From: Balanoglossus misakiensis
Taxonomy: Eukaryota; Animalia; Hemichordata
Length of the DNA: 64,000 nucleotides
Assembly (NCBI GenBank): GCA_040954595.2
Contig: CM082578.2
Span: forward strand, 5,562,831 to 5,626,830
Reading direction: 5' to 3'
The translations under genes were made by a program, and so were the position numbers. Positions 25,997 to 38,600 of this stretch are shown here, in pieces (position 1 is the first letter of the stretch; the number at the start of each line of letters is the position of its first letter). The notes under the pieces were generated by a model, which saw only the letters and a list, made by a program, of their open reading frames with translations, ran no database searches and was not told the origin of the DNA.

Positions 25997-27430
25997 TTAA
26001 TACCGCCTCGTGTAAAAATAAACGTACTCTATGCTCTGTGAACGTTTCCGACCATACATGTACGAGTCCTTTTTGGAGTGACTTTTTGTGGTATTGCAGC
26101 TGTTTTTCTTAAATCATTCGCTCCCTTGGGAGTGTTCCTATTTTTCTTGTGCAGTTACATATTTTGCCCTGTGGGGCAGGTGTCCTGTATCTAAATAGTG
26201 CAAATGTCGAACCGTTCCAATCAATCCAACTTACCCCTGAACAGGAAGTCATGGAAACAAATGCAGTTCACTTTATAGCATGTTCAAGGTTATTTACTTT
26301 AACATTGAATCAGAGCGAAAAGAGAATTCTCTGCGGGGAGACAGCTGTCGAGAAACATTGTGAACACTTGAGTTATTTCCTATCTGTGAAATGATGTGTA
26401 CGCTTTTCCGCTTCGGACCAGTGTCTTTTACGATAACATTTTAATATCTGTTTATTGCTCTCTGACGAAATACGAGCAGCATTGAAATTTATGCAATTTG
26501 TGAACTAAACTGTCGCCGATGACGGTCAACTTAAAGAGGGAATCTTGTCAGAATACATGTATAGGTTTTTTCCTGAAACGCTGTGCGTGGCGAAACTGTC
26601 ACGACACACTATTCAGGCCAATTTTACGCCGACATCTGATTAAATTACTCTCTGCATGTAAAAGGGTCATTAACTCATTCGCGCCCTGACGCCAGTTCCG
26701 TTTTCAATCACACACTCTCTGCTCCTTTAAAAGCGTCCCTTTTTTTGTTGAAATGAAAATTTGTCGAGAACAGGCGCCGATCTGAAATTAATGGCAGGGA
26801 GATTATCCAGTAAATAGTTCAGCCCCGTTCGTTGTTAGTATGTCCAAAATGCTTGTAAATATTTAGCACACGGGTGCTTTAATTTCCGTTGTAGAATCCT
26901 AAAACCAAGGCATGATTCCTTGTTTTCGGGTAATTCATCCAAGAAGTTGATACTGTTTGTCGTAGCTTGTGAGGCTCACCTGGGTATTTCGTTCTATGTT
27001 TTGAAATATGCCCTTTCCCATAGTCTTTATAAGTGAAACTCGTAAATGAAAAATAGATGCCGAAAGCCTGTTGTCTGCTGCTTTTGCACTGTAAACACCA
27101 TTTACACATGTGTATCCCTGCATATGAAGTCAGCATCTTCTGGCCATTTTTGCTCTGTTTGTGGGATAATGAGATGGAGTGCCACGTAATCTTGACATTT
27201 AATTGAGTGTGCAAATGTAACATTGCATAATTCCCCGCCACTTTCCTCAAAATGGCAGAAAACAGCAGCAAAATCTCAAGCAAAGGAGGTCACAGGTCAA
27301 AGGTCCACTAGCGATGAAAAACGCGTCTTGACCGACCGGCAGAACTGGGACAGAGATTTGTTAGAGGCGGAAACGGCTCTGATGGAATCTCTTCCAGGTC
27401 TTTATCTGTAGATGTGCGCATTTAAGACCC

Positions 27431-30400
27431 TTTTTTTCTTTTTATAAAATCTTTAATTCAGCAATTGCAGAGTATACAGGATTATGTTACACATACTTCA
27501 TGAAATTTACAATAGTTCTATCGTTTTTTACATAGTTTATATAATACAGCTCTTCAGTAAGAAATCTCTTCATATTTTGCTGTTTTAGTATCCTTGCTTT
27601 GTATACCGCAAAGGTGCTTAACATTATGATTAGGTTTCAAAGGTTCGAGCTTGTGTAGCTCTAGATAGTAACCATAGATTACATGCTTCCAAGATAAGCT
27701 GAACTGAGTGTTGTATGATCTATTAAGGGCTCGAGTAACAGTAGCCCAGAAATGTGTTACATTTTTACAATCAGAAAGAAAATGCTTACAATCTTCAATT
27801 ACATTACATACTTCACACAATGGAGAGGCTTCTCTCTTCCATTTAAATAAATTCACTTTGTGTGGAAGTTTATCATACAATAAACATAAATTGAATTGAG
27901 CAATCTTTTTAATCTGTATTTTTTCACTTTGTTTGCCCATATCATACTCCAGTTCGGATAAACACCGATTTTGTTTTCCCACACCTTTGTCGCATATGAT
28001 TTTTCTACATACTTATTTACCAGATTCCAATAGAAATCTTTACAGCAAAAAGTAAAAACGTCCGTATATTTTCCCTGATGATTTTGTTTCATTATAGCTT
28101 TTCTTTGATGAGTAACTATTAACTCATTTCTTACATTTCTCATACACTGCTTCCATTGATCTGGAATAGCTTTTTTTAAAATCATGTACTGAGTGATCCA
28201 GTTTCTTTTTTTCTGTAGCTTGTTTAAAAGACAGTGCTGATCAATGAAATTACCATTAACAAATAAGTCGGCTATATGAATAAATCCAGCCTCGATCCAC
28301 TCAGTGAAAAATAAAGGATGGTTATTTACCGTTATATTACAATTCCCCCAAATTATTTGTTCTCCCACCTTATTGGGATTTAAATCTATACGTTGCCCGC
28401 TTTGCACAACCTCGTTCCAAATCTTTAAAATAGACGAATAAAAACTTGGCAGACCTTTCGTGACATAACATATGCCTGTGTTATTTAGGTTGTACGTAAA
28501 TATACGCTTGGTCCCCCCAAACTTTTCCAGGTGGTAATCGATGACTATCTTCCATGTCTGGTTATCGCTGTTTACAAGTCTTGATACCCATCCACACATC
28601 AGAGCTTTTACAGTCGAACTTACATCAAGCATCTCTATACCTCCACTTTCAATCTTATTAATGATAATACGCTTTCGAATTTTTCCCTTTTTCCCACTCC
28701 ATAAAAAGTTGTAGAAAAGCTTGTTTAGTCGCACTATCACATCTTTTGGTGTTACAATCATAGAGGCTAGGTATACAATTTTAGAAAACGCAAGACTCTT
28801 CAGAATGGTTAGTTTACCAAAGACTCTCAAATATCTTTTCTTCCAACTATCTAATAATTTCTCAATTTTTTCTAATTTTTTGTCCCAATTTAAAATGTTC
28901 AACTCTTTCTTGTTGTGGCCAAAGTAAACCCCCAAAGCCTTAATGGCTTTATTGGACCATGGAATAAGGCCGATATTACCCTTCCTTTTCCAGGACCCTA
29001 GCTTCAGCCCTTCAGTTTTTTCTCTATTCAATTTTAAGCCAGAGTACTTTCCATATTGGTCAATAATATTCAGTACTCGGGCCAAAGATTTTACATTCTC
29101 GATGTACACTTGGGAATCATCCGCCAATTGAGTGATTTTTATGATCTTATTCCCCACTTTAAAACCAATATTATTCTCATTGCGGATAACCTGGGCAAAT
29201 AACTCTGCAACTATGATGAATAGTAGAGCTGACAATGGACAACCCTGCCGTATACCTCTTTGTAATGCAAATGGAGAGGTTATCCAACCGTTGTTGGTAA
29301 CTGCACTCCTACATTCGGTGTAGATTGTTTTAATCCAGGTGATAAATGAATTACCAAACCCAAACTTTTCCAGCGCTACAAACATAAAATTGTGTTCTAC
29401 CATATCAAAATCTTTACAAAAGTATAAGAATATGATGGCCCCTCCTTTATTCCTTTTCTCAGCAAAATCAATCAAGTCTTCAATCAGACGGACATTTTGA
29501 CCACTAAACCGACCTTTGATGTATCCCACTTGATCTGTGTTAATAATTGTGGGAATAACCTTCTTTAGTCTATTTGCAAGTACGCATGACAGAATTTTGT
29601 AGTCGTGATTTAACAATGAGATGGGTCTCCAATTCTTCAAATCGAGCCTTGTGTCTTTTTTGTGTATAAGCGTGATGACACTTTCACGCTGCGTAATAGC
29701 AAGCTTCCCTTCGTCGAAACCCTCATTAAAAGAGTCAATAACAAGATTCTTCACGCTGTCCCAGAACATACGATAAAATTCTATGGGAATACCATCCAAC
29801 CCAGGTGTTTTATTACTTTTCATATGCCAAATAGCTTTTGTGCATTCCTCTACCGTTATACTACCTTCCATCTTTTCTGCAAGATTACCTGTTCATTTAG
29901 AGTTTGTGCTAATGTTATTAATATAATGTCTTATATCATTTTCGTTCACCCCTGTTGTCGTATACAGATCACTATAAAAATCTCTCTGTGCATTACGGAT
30001 ATCTTCTGTTTTTGTTAAAATTCTACCATTTACACAAAGTTTTGTGATCTGCTTGTCCCTGTATCTCTTCCTCTCCAACCCCAGGAAGTATCTGCTGTTT
30101 CTTTCACCCTCTTCATACCATTTTATTCTGGATCTTATCTGCACCCCCGTAACCTGTGTATATAAATTTGGTTAAGCTGGTTCATTTTGCTTTCGTATTC
30201 TTTAATCATGTCTTTGTCCCTGTTAGAGGAGTTTAACAACTTACTTTCGAAATTCATGATCTCATTTTCTAAAATCTTCAGCCTAGATTTTCTTTTCCTT
30301 TCCTTATCTTTTGCATATTTCATGCTAACTTCTTTAACTTTTATTTTTAGAATATCCCATAAGTTTCTTTTGTGGCCATTACTATTACAATACTTCAATT

Positions 30401-32088
30401 ATTATTATTATTATTATTATGCTTTATTTAAAGAGGGTAGTCTGTGTTACAAAGTAGAATTGTAATATACAACAGAGCCCTCAAAGGCGAATGAGAATGA
30501 ATACAACAAGGAAAAAAAAACACTGAAAAAATCAAATCAAGTCGCAATGGCGGAAACATTCATGAAATCTAATCAAGTGATGAACCTTCATTTATAAATT
30601 TAGTGTGAAAAAAGTTACGTAGTTGTGACTTGAACTGTGACAGACTGTATATACTTCTTATAGACAGGGGAATATTGTTCCAGATATTTGTTGCTCGATA
30701 CATAAAAGACCTTTGCCCAGTTGCTGTTTTAAAAGTGGGCACATACAAATTAGCGTTGCTGACAGATCTAGTGGTAAAATTGTACATCTCAGAAACATAG
30801 GAAAATTCATTTAAATAATCAGGCGCCAGGCCATGTAGTATCTTGAAAGTTTGAACAGCAATGAAATACTCAATTCTAATATCAATGGGCAACCAATGAA
30901 GAGTTGTCAGAAGAGAACGAGAAGGAAATGTAATGTCTACTCCTAAAATTACTCTGCCGGCTCTTTTCTGAAGTTTATAAATTCTCTGTAGATTGGTTTT
31001 TGATGTGTTGCCCCAAACAGTGCAACAGTAATCAATTATAGAAAGGAAAATAGCATTATAAACCAACATAAGAGTATGCCTTGGGGTCAAAGGTCGCAAT
31101 TTCCTCAGTACCCCAATCCGCATTGACAATTTTCTACTTAAGTTATCTATATGAGTATCCCATGTTAAAGCATTGTCAATCTCTATTCCAAGAAGTGTGT
31201 GAGAAGAAACACAAGAAATGCAAGTATTATTGATCCTAATATTTGGAGTGACACTGTGCTCGGACACATTATTAACCTTTGGGCGAGAGGCAACAATCAT
31301 CCATTTTGTCTTGGTGGTGTTAATTGACATGGCATTATTTGAAACCCAGGTGGAAATTGGTAAAATGTGTCAGTAATCACTGCCTTAATTAAGCATTTAT
31401 ACTCTTCGTCCTTAAGCAAACTGGTATTTAACTTCCAATAGTCGGGACCCCTTTCAGAATCTGTGAAACCTATTTTTAGCGAAACAGCATTGTGATCTGT
31501 TCTAACAGTGGGCCTTATGTCAGCGGAATGAACGCTGGCAAGAAGCTGCTTTGAAATCAGCCAAAAATCTATTCTACTTGCTATAGACCCAATGTAACCT
31601 GTCGCCAGGTGTATTGTAGCGTATCAGGATGCAGTGTTCTCCATACATCACACAGCGTAAACGACTTAGTGAGGTTACAAAGTTTTTTAGACCGCACATA
31701 ATAGCTCTTAACCCCACGTCTATCAATATTGACATCGAAAACAGTATTGAAGTCCCCACCAATAAGGATATAACCTTCGGGTGAAGCGTTTTTGTGTACG
31801 AAGCTTTTCAGAGAAGTCAGGAACGCTTCTCTTTCGCTATGGACATTCGGTGCGTACACATTTACAATTGTGAACAGAATTGCGACTCCTTTTTATACTG
31901 TGGTTGGTACCAAAGGAGTTGGTAATGTGCCCTTTCCATTCAAAACTGATTTGAGTGGAGAGTTTTTCGTCCCAGTATGTCTCTTGCAACAGCACAATGT
32001 CTGCTTTTTGTTCTCTTGTCCATTTGAAAACCTGTTTCCGTTTTTGTGACTCTCTCAGTCCTCTGCAGTTCAGAGACAGAAAATGCAT
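27431..32088 (-). mobile_element. Decayed L1/Tx1-clade LINE ORF2 (APE endonuclease - RT - CCHC knuckle), interrupted by a nested element
   Basis: EN: SLNCRGL..LLQET, YAPN..IGGDFN..DVWR..YTW, SRIDFWL..TDHNAV..GPDYWKLN. RT: KTPGLDGIP, NWRPISLLNHDYKI, GIRQGCPLS, QLADD. Knuckle CEVCNVIEDCKHFLSDC. ATTAAA and an A-rich tail near 27431-27457. Several frameshifts; motif LDFxKAFD mutated to LYFCKDFD. Confidence 0.93.
30399..31365 (-). mobile_element. 5'-truncated CR1/L2(Crack)-type LINE nested inside the Tx1-like element
   Basis: ORF 30569-31330 INTTKTKWM..LLGIEIDNALTWDTHI..IDYCCTVWG..LQKRAGRVI..LHWL..RSFMYRATNIWNNIP..FK is the CR1/L2 RT C-terminus. 3' AATAAA + (TAA)n tail at 30399-30430. The host frame rejoins exactly across it (..KAVITDT|LKYCNS..). 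Confidence 0.9.
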
Positions 32089-34210
32089 AAAGTGGTAGAT
32101 CTACATCTGGACTCAAGTAAGAAAAGTATAGTTTAAGAGCTTACAGGAAGAAAACAGTCTGCTTTCTCATCTTCTTCTTTGCCCTTGGACTTTCTTTCTT
32201 TTCTTCGCTGCTTTCTGTATCATGGTTTTAAGTGGTTTAAATTTGGCTTAGCCTTACTTTTGCCATCATTCTATTTCCGGCTGCTGCCGACAGGTATCCT
32301 TGATAATGTTGTCAAATCGTCGCCATCACTGTCACTATTGCACGCACTGAGCATCTCCAAAACCCTTAACAACAATGAACAACGATGAACATCTAACAAC
32401 ACTGCATATCACATAGCACGTGCGACGACCCGGGAAGGTAGAATGGAATACAAAGCAAAGACCGAGAAAAGTTGACTAGACATGCTCAGAACCATGCTAA
32501 CGATGTTTCAACCGCGAGCCACAATCGGATACAAGAGAGAACCTTGATAGAATCATGAAGCGTAATGGAAAAGACTGTACCTGATAAACGGAACAAAAAA
32601 ATCTCAATATTTATAGCGTACGAATGATAAAGTGGCTTTTATTACCTGAATTGCCGTCTTGGGTTTTGAAACATGTTGAACATTTGATACTAATGATAAA
32701 AATGCATCCCTGAAGAATATGAATGTCATGACTTTGTTTTGATCATTAATTGAAGAGAGTAATACGTTCTGGCAGCAAGTTGTTCAAGTATTCCTCTTCC
32801 GTAGTTTGCAATATTGTAAAAATGCAGAACTGAAGTGATCAATTACCATCCGGATTGACGGTTACAAATGACCAGGGACCACAAAGTTTCTCAGCATGAT
32901 CTGAATTGGGCCACAGAGAACATGGAACTTGGACAGCTGCTTCAAGTCATCTTAAAAATCTAAGTGTCTGAAGCTTTTTTTTCCAATATTATTTTATGTG
33001 TATTGATGACGATATATCATTATCATTATGTCGCAGTCCGAAAAGCATGGCGGGATTCTAAGAATTGGGCTTAGAGTAATCGATTTAAAGTCTTAGCTGT
33101 TGTGCGCATATACAAGGTATTCTTACATGATAGTACCTATCTTAACAGGCTATAGGGAATAGAACAAGAACATAAATAACTCGTATATCTGATACACAGA
33201 ACAAAAATACAGAAAACATTTCAGTTGAAACAAGTGTCGACTAGGCAACCATTGAACCGCCCTGTGAGGCTATTAGTCTGTGGGCGATAAGGGGTGGAAA
33301 CTTTCCTATGGATGTTGCGGTCGTGGTTCTGCTCTTGTCTTGAGGGTCTTGATCTCCTCGGATAGGTTGTTAAGGTGCCCGATGATCTCCTGGACGCCGG
33401 GGATGGCTTCATCCTAGTGAAGGACTATTATCAGACTGAGTTGATTATTGATGTTCATGTACCTTGAGTATTTATTGACTTGTATTCTTGGTATGTTCGC
33501 CATGATAAGTGTTCTACTATTATCTTATGAATTAGTATACATCTAATGCGAAAGGTTACTTTTCTTTTTTTTTGGGGGGGGGGGTTTATCAGTATGAATC
33601 AATATATGACTGATATACATTTATTTAACTCGTGAATGTACTTGCATATGGTATCGTTGCAAGAACAAGTCGAAGAAACGTTACGTAACACGTGAATGTG
33701 TTAGCCACCCGAGTTATACCGGTAAGTGATTCATGAATACAAATATGACGATTGAGGTCAAAGGTCAGTGCAGACAATATGAGACGTAAGATTTACATTG
33801 CTATAAATAAAATATTTCGTATTAGTGGGAAAAGATTTCGACTCATAAATAAACTGAGTCGCCAAGGATTCTCCATTAACTATTGCTGTGGGCAGACTCG
33901 GAGGAAAAAATTATAGACATCATATAGGAATTAGAAGTCTTCTCCAGAATTCGGACCGTTATCTTGTGTCGCCATGAAACATTGAACTCAACAATTTGTA
34001 ACGTGAAAAGCGAATATACGATTTCTGGAGCCACAAAGTAATATCCTATCAGCTCCTATTTGTTTGTGTACATTTTACAGCTTCTAGGATACGGTGGACC
34101 TATATTGACACATATGTAGCAGTGAACTTCCCGAGTGAGCCAGTTTATTAGCCGTATAAAAGCTCGGGAGACAAGGATTCTTTGGTGACAGTCGTTGTAT
34201 GAAATACGAC

Positions 34211-34310
34211 TATTATTATTATTACTTTACAGTTTATTTACAGAGGATAGTCTGAGTTACAACGTAAATTGTAATTTACATCAGAGTGCTCAAAAGGCAG
34301 GAATGGAAAA
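34211..34310 (-). mobile_element. Short 3'-end copy of the same CR1/L2 family (hairpin + TAA tail)
   Basis: tattattatt..tttatttacagaggatagtctgagttacaacgtaaattgtaatttacatcagagtgctcaaaaggc aligns with 30399-30490. Confidence 0.75.
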
Positions 34311-35534
34311 AATATCTTAGTAATAAATCAACAAGCAAAATGAAATCTCTACCGCAGGCATGGCATCTGCGTGGTTGTCTTACGCTTCCAGAATGCAATG
34401 ACATCAGCAATGTAGTCTGAGGTAAGAAGAAGTATAATTACACTGATTCGTCCCAAACATGTCGGTAAAATATTTCCGTTGTCATAGAGTGTTCAGATCT
34501 GGGGACTTTTCTGGACCCGGTGTGTACAGATAAGGTCTGGAAGATGTTGCATTTTCTGGAGCTTTGCTGCTCGGTTACATCGCTTTGCATAATACGAGTT
34601 TGCTGTCCCAGTAATCCGCAAAGAGCTCCCAGAGGGCAGCTTCCGACTTGGATTATTCAAACACATGAAACTAGACGCCTCAGGAAAAATCGACTTCAAC
34701 AGGATGTTGAATAGGTGTCATGTGTCTTCAAAATCTTTGGATCTGGCTTATTTGACTGAGGTTAATATTTAATCCTTTTTTCCGTTGACTAATCAAAGCT
34801 ACCACTGGATTCTATATTTGGCTCATACCCAAATGTCTCGTCTGTCGCTTTGTCAGCAGAAAGTTGGGCAACATGAAAAGTGTTCGAACCTGACTTACAT
34901 AGAACCAAACAAAACAAACAGATTGTTCTAAATTAAAATTGCCGCCAAATCTCACAATATTCTCGGAGAACGACACTCCAGACTAGTCTTTTTAGAGAGA
35001 ATACTGTCTGTGTTAACGAATTGAAGCGTTCTAAACTGGGAGGAGCCCGCGCCGTACGGTCCCTCCTGAATCCTTTCGCCTATCCAGAAAAGAACTGCAT
35101 TGGATTGTTGCAATAGATTGTTGTTCAGTGTCATATAGAAGTGCCACAAGGTGACCTCCAATTGACCTCCAATTGGGAACCATGTTTCTCCGGGGCAACT
35201 CATTCTGAACCCATCTTCTCAGTCTTAACATCACAGTGTAAACGCTGCACTTTCCGCCCCGGTGCACGCGCTGTAATTAAGGCATTGCGTTTAAAGTACA
35301 GGTTATCGCACTACTAATAGGTGCACTTGCGGCTGTTTTCACCGCGCTTTTCACAATCACTATTTTACATTTCAGAGCACGTAGTTACATTTGTACCTTA
35401 TTATGTGGTCAATACTTGCGATTTTCAGAGGAGGAGATTCTCCAGTGACCCTTACCAGTAACGTATTACAAAATGACTTTACTTACTATAACAGTGGGAA
35501 CATCGATGAAAAAGTGCTGAGGCATTGACAATCA

Positions 35535-35537
<3 letters not shown>

Positions 35538-35614
<77 letters not shown>

Positions 35615-35640
35615 CCACCACCACCACCATGCACCACCAT
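35538..35640. repeat. (CAT)n/(CAC)n trinucleotide microsatellite
   Basis: Directly visible. Confidence 0.97.
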
Positions 35641-38600
35641 TATGTGATGAACGTCAAAAATAACATGCCGACATGTATATTTCCAGAGGGTTGCTTTCTG
35701 TGTTGCCCCGGGCCACGTCCTGTCTTATCAGTTGAACAAACCGTCGTATTCCCATTAAGCACCCGCTAGTTACTTAATCTGTGTACCCTATCGACGGATT
35801 AATACCCAGTACTAGTTAGACAAGTGTTTATTTTATTAATTAAAAATTGTAGGCGGATTTTTCCGCCATTTATTACCCTTGTTGTTCGCGACCCCCTTTG
35901 ATGGCTTCATCATCTTCTTCAATGTTAGCACAGGGATTTATTCAGAAAAGGTCTGTCTGTCTGTCTGTCTATCTAATCACAATTTAGGCAATTAATAATA
36001 CTGATTAATGGAATCCTACCCATTGCATACAATAGGCTAATATCGTAGAGCGCAAATTGCCCTTTCTAAGAATATATACATGCAGATTTTATAATAATTG
36101 TTAAATCATTTTATTTCAGCAATTTCAATCGGGATATCCAAATCCATTACTTACATTCAATTACGTGTCCGTAGAGTAGTTCATTAAAAAACACAAAAGA
36201 ATGTATCCTCTAGGGTGTATAATTATGACAGAGAAATGAGATATGTGGACATGCAGCTGCATGAGATATAGATATCGACAATCATTTCCTCTTTGTTATG
36301 GTCACGTCCGAGTCGGGCGTTGAAAAACATCCGGATTACGAACGTACAATGTACAGTATGAATGCTATCCAGATGGCGGATGTATTGATTCCTTTATGAA
36401 GGATGGGTTGATATACACGGATATGCATATTTCGATAAAGAATGACCTATATAGTCTCATGCTGAAATAAATACAATTCTACCGTCGAACCCCACGAGAC
36501 CACTTTACGCTTATTAAGAATCTAGGGACAACAAAACACACGAGTATTGAATATACATGTAATAAGCAAATTCCATCATAGCTTACAATTTATCGTTGAA
36601 AAATATCATTTATTGCTTAGTTTAAAAATTGTCGACCTGATCTATAATCTATATTTATGAATTTCAGGCAGTAATGTGTATTTATCTGATAAAGTGCTCC
36701 TCGCGTACTTTCCGTGTGATCTTCTTTTAAGCCTAAAAATCTCTCCTTTGGTTATCACATTGATTTCAGCTCTATATCTATTCATATCTATTCTTATTGA
36801 ATATTACATTATGTAAAATTATGCAAATGAATACAAATTTAAACGAAACTCTTAGCAGAGGATGACTTCGGGTTACACTTAGATCGAATGTTCTGGCCTG
36901 TCAAAAGCACCGCTTATTAGTATATTCATGAATTGGCATTTCCAGGGAATTGGTACGGAGCGCTGTTTATGTTACTTCCTTCTTCAGACACCTGGGCGGA
37001 TTTCTTTGATATACACATCGCAATATCGCGTATACTATCCTCATTAAAAGCACAAAATGGTACCACCGACGGTAGAAATAATGTACTTTCTTTTTATTTC
37101 CAGGGCAACCATCGCCGCGGGGTTTATTCTGAAGTACGTTTCACACATGAGGCATATAAGATAATCGAATTCATTTTAACTCTCGTTACCGCACAAAGGG
37201 TCTGTCTGTCTGTTTCTCTCTCTGTCTAGCTGGCTGGCTAGACGGTCGTGACTTTGTCATCGACATCTCAAGAACGGCAAATAATATTTGAACTTACCTT
37301 CGTTGATAGGTACTATTCTGAAAATGCAAAAACGCAATTATGGTCAATATTGATATTGATATCGAGGTTAAATGTCACAATGGATGACATTATCGGTATG
37401 TACACTATATAATTATACTACATTCCATAAAACCTATTACAGAAAGCAAATTCGAAGAAACTTGCTAGAGATACTGTTTGTACATCCCCCGCGCCTTAGA
37501 CTGTATAGTAGTATGGGGGCACATGTAATTCACATCAGCTGTTATGTCTGGGGCTACAGACATATTGCCGGAAACGGTTGGAATTCATTTTAAAATCCCC
37601 TCGATAAGTTAAAAAAAACTGGTGCTGTCTGGATAACTTCATATTGTCTTCAAACGTCAAAGGTTACAATTCACATGTAAGCCCGCAATGAAGACTTATA
37701 GAGCAATATCATGACCGGCGCATAAATTGATATTTTGGGTAATGTGTTTTGATCTTCGAGATACACTATTCGGTTAGACTATACATTGTACTCACAATAT
37801 GCTGAGTAACAATATACGGATGATTAATTAGAGGCCGTTGCCCGGAGATTGATCGATATAGCGTTGCTTAAACTTGCATTCAAGTGATGTGGCCATATTT
37901 TAACGAGTTGCGCAGCAACCAGTCATAATACGTCACGTCCCGAAAAGTGCAAGGCGATATCGATCAATCTTCGTGTAATAACCCCTTTATCATGATGTAA
38001 GCCTTGATAGTCAGTTTTGCGAAATTGCGTTGAGATTGACGATTTCACGGCTGGACAAATCAATGGTACATGCAGCGTACCCATATTTCAAGATGTGAAA
38101 CGTTGGTTTACATGGGGGTGGTATTATGATTCTCAGGACATGCGACTGATGAACACAATCAGATTCTATCAGTTTATACGTCCATTTTCAGCATTACCTA
38201 ATATTTCATACATTTCATGAAGTGGAAATAATGCATCCAACATGGTAAATTATCCGCAAGTGTCTGAAACGAAATTGTCAATTCCAGTCACGCATTGAAC
38301 ATCACACTCTACTATGTGTCTTTTGTCGCTGGGATGATCGACGTCGCTCACTCGAAGCAAAAGTGTGTTGTATTCAGTATCTTAGAGTGCGGGTCCGTCC
38401 GGACAAATACGGGGACGTTTCTGTGTTAAGTTGATCTCCTTTAGTAGAACGATTTTACGACTACGGAAATTCACACCACACTCGCGGCGTAACGTCAGGT
38501 AAAAACGATAATTTCTGCCCCCCCCCCCCCCCCCTCCAAGCGGCTTTGAAGATTATGGGTTATCATGACATACATGTATAGTGAGAGGTTGTGTTATTTC

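Noticed and set aside
27853-29871. 672-aa reverse transcriptase as a retron, DGR or other novel RT system
   Set aside because: Flanked by an APE endonuclease, a CCHC knuckle and an A-rich tail; an ordinary decayed L1/Tx1-type LINE.
32090-32400. Lys-rich minus-strand stretch as LINE ORF1 remnant
   Set aside because: Plausible position, but interrupted by stops and without a recognisable ORF1 motif.
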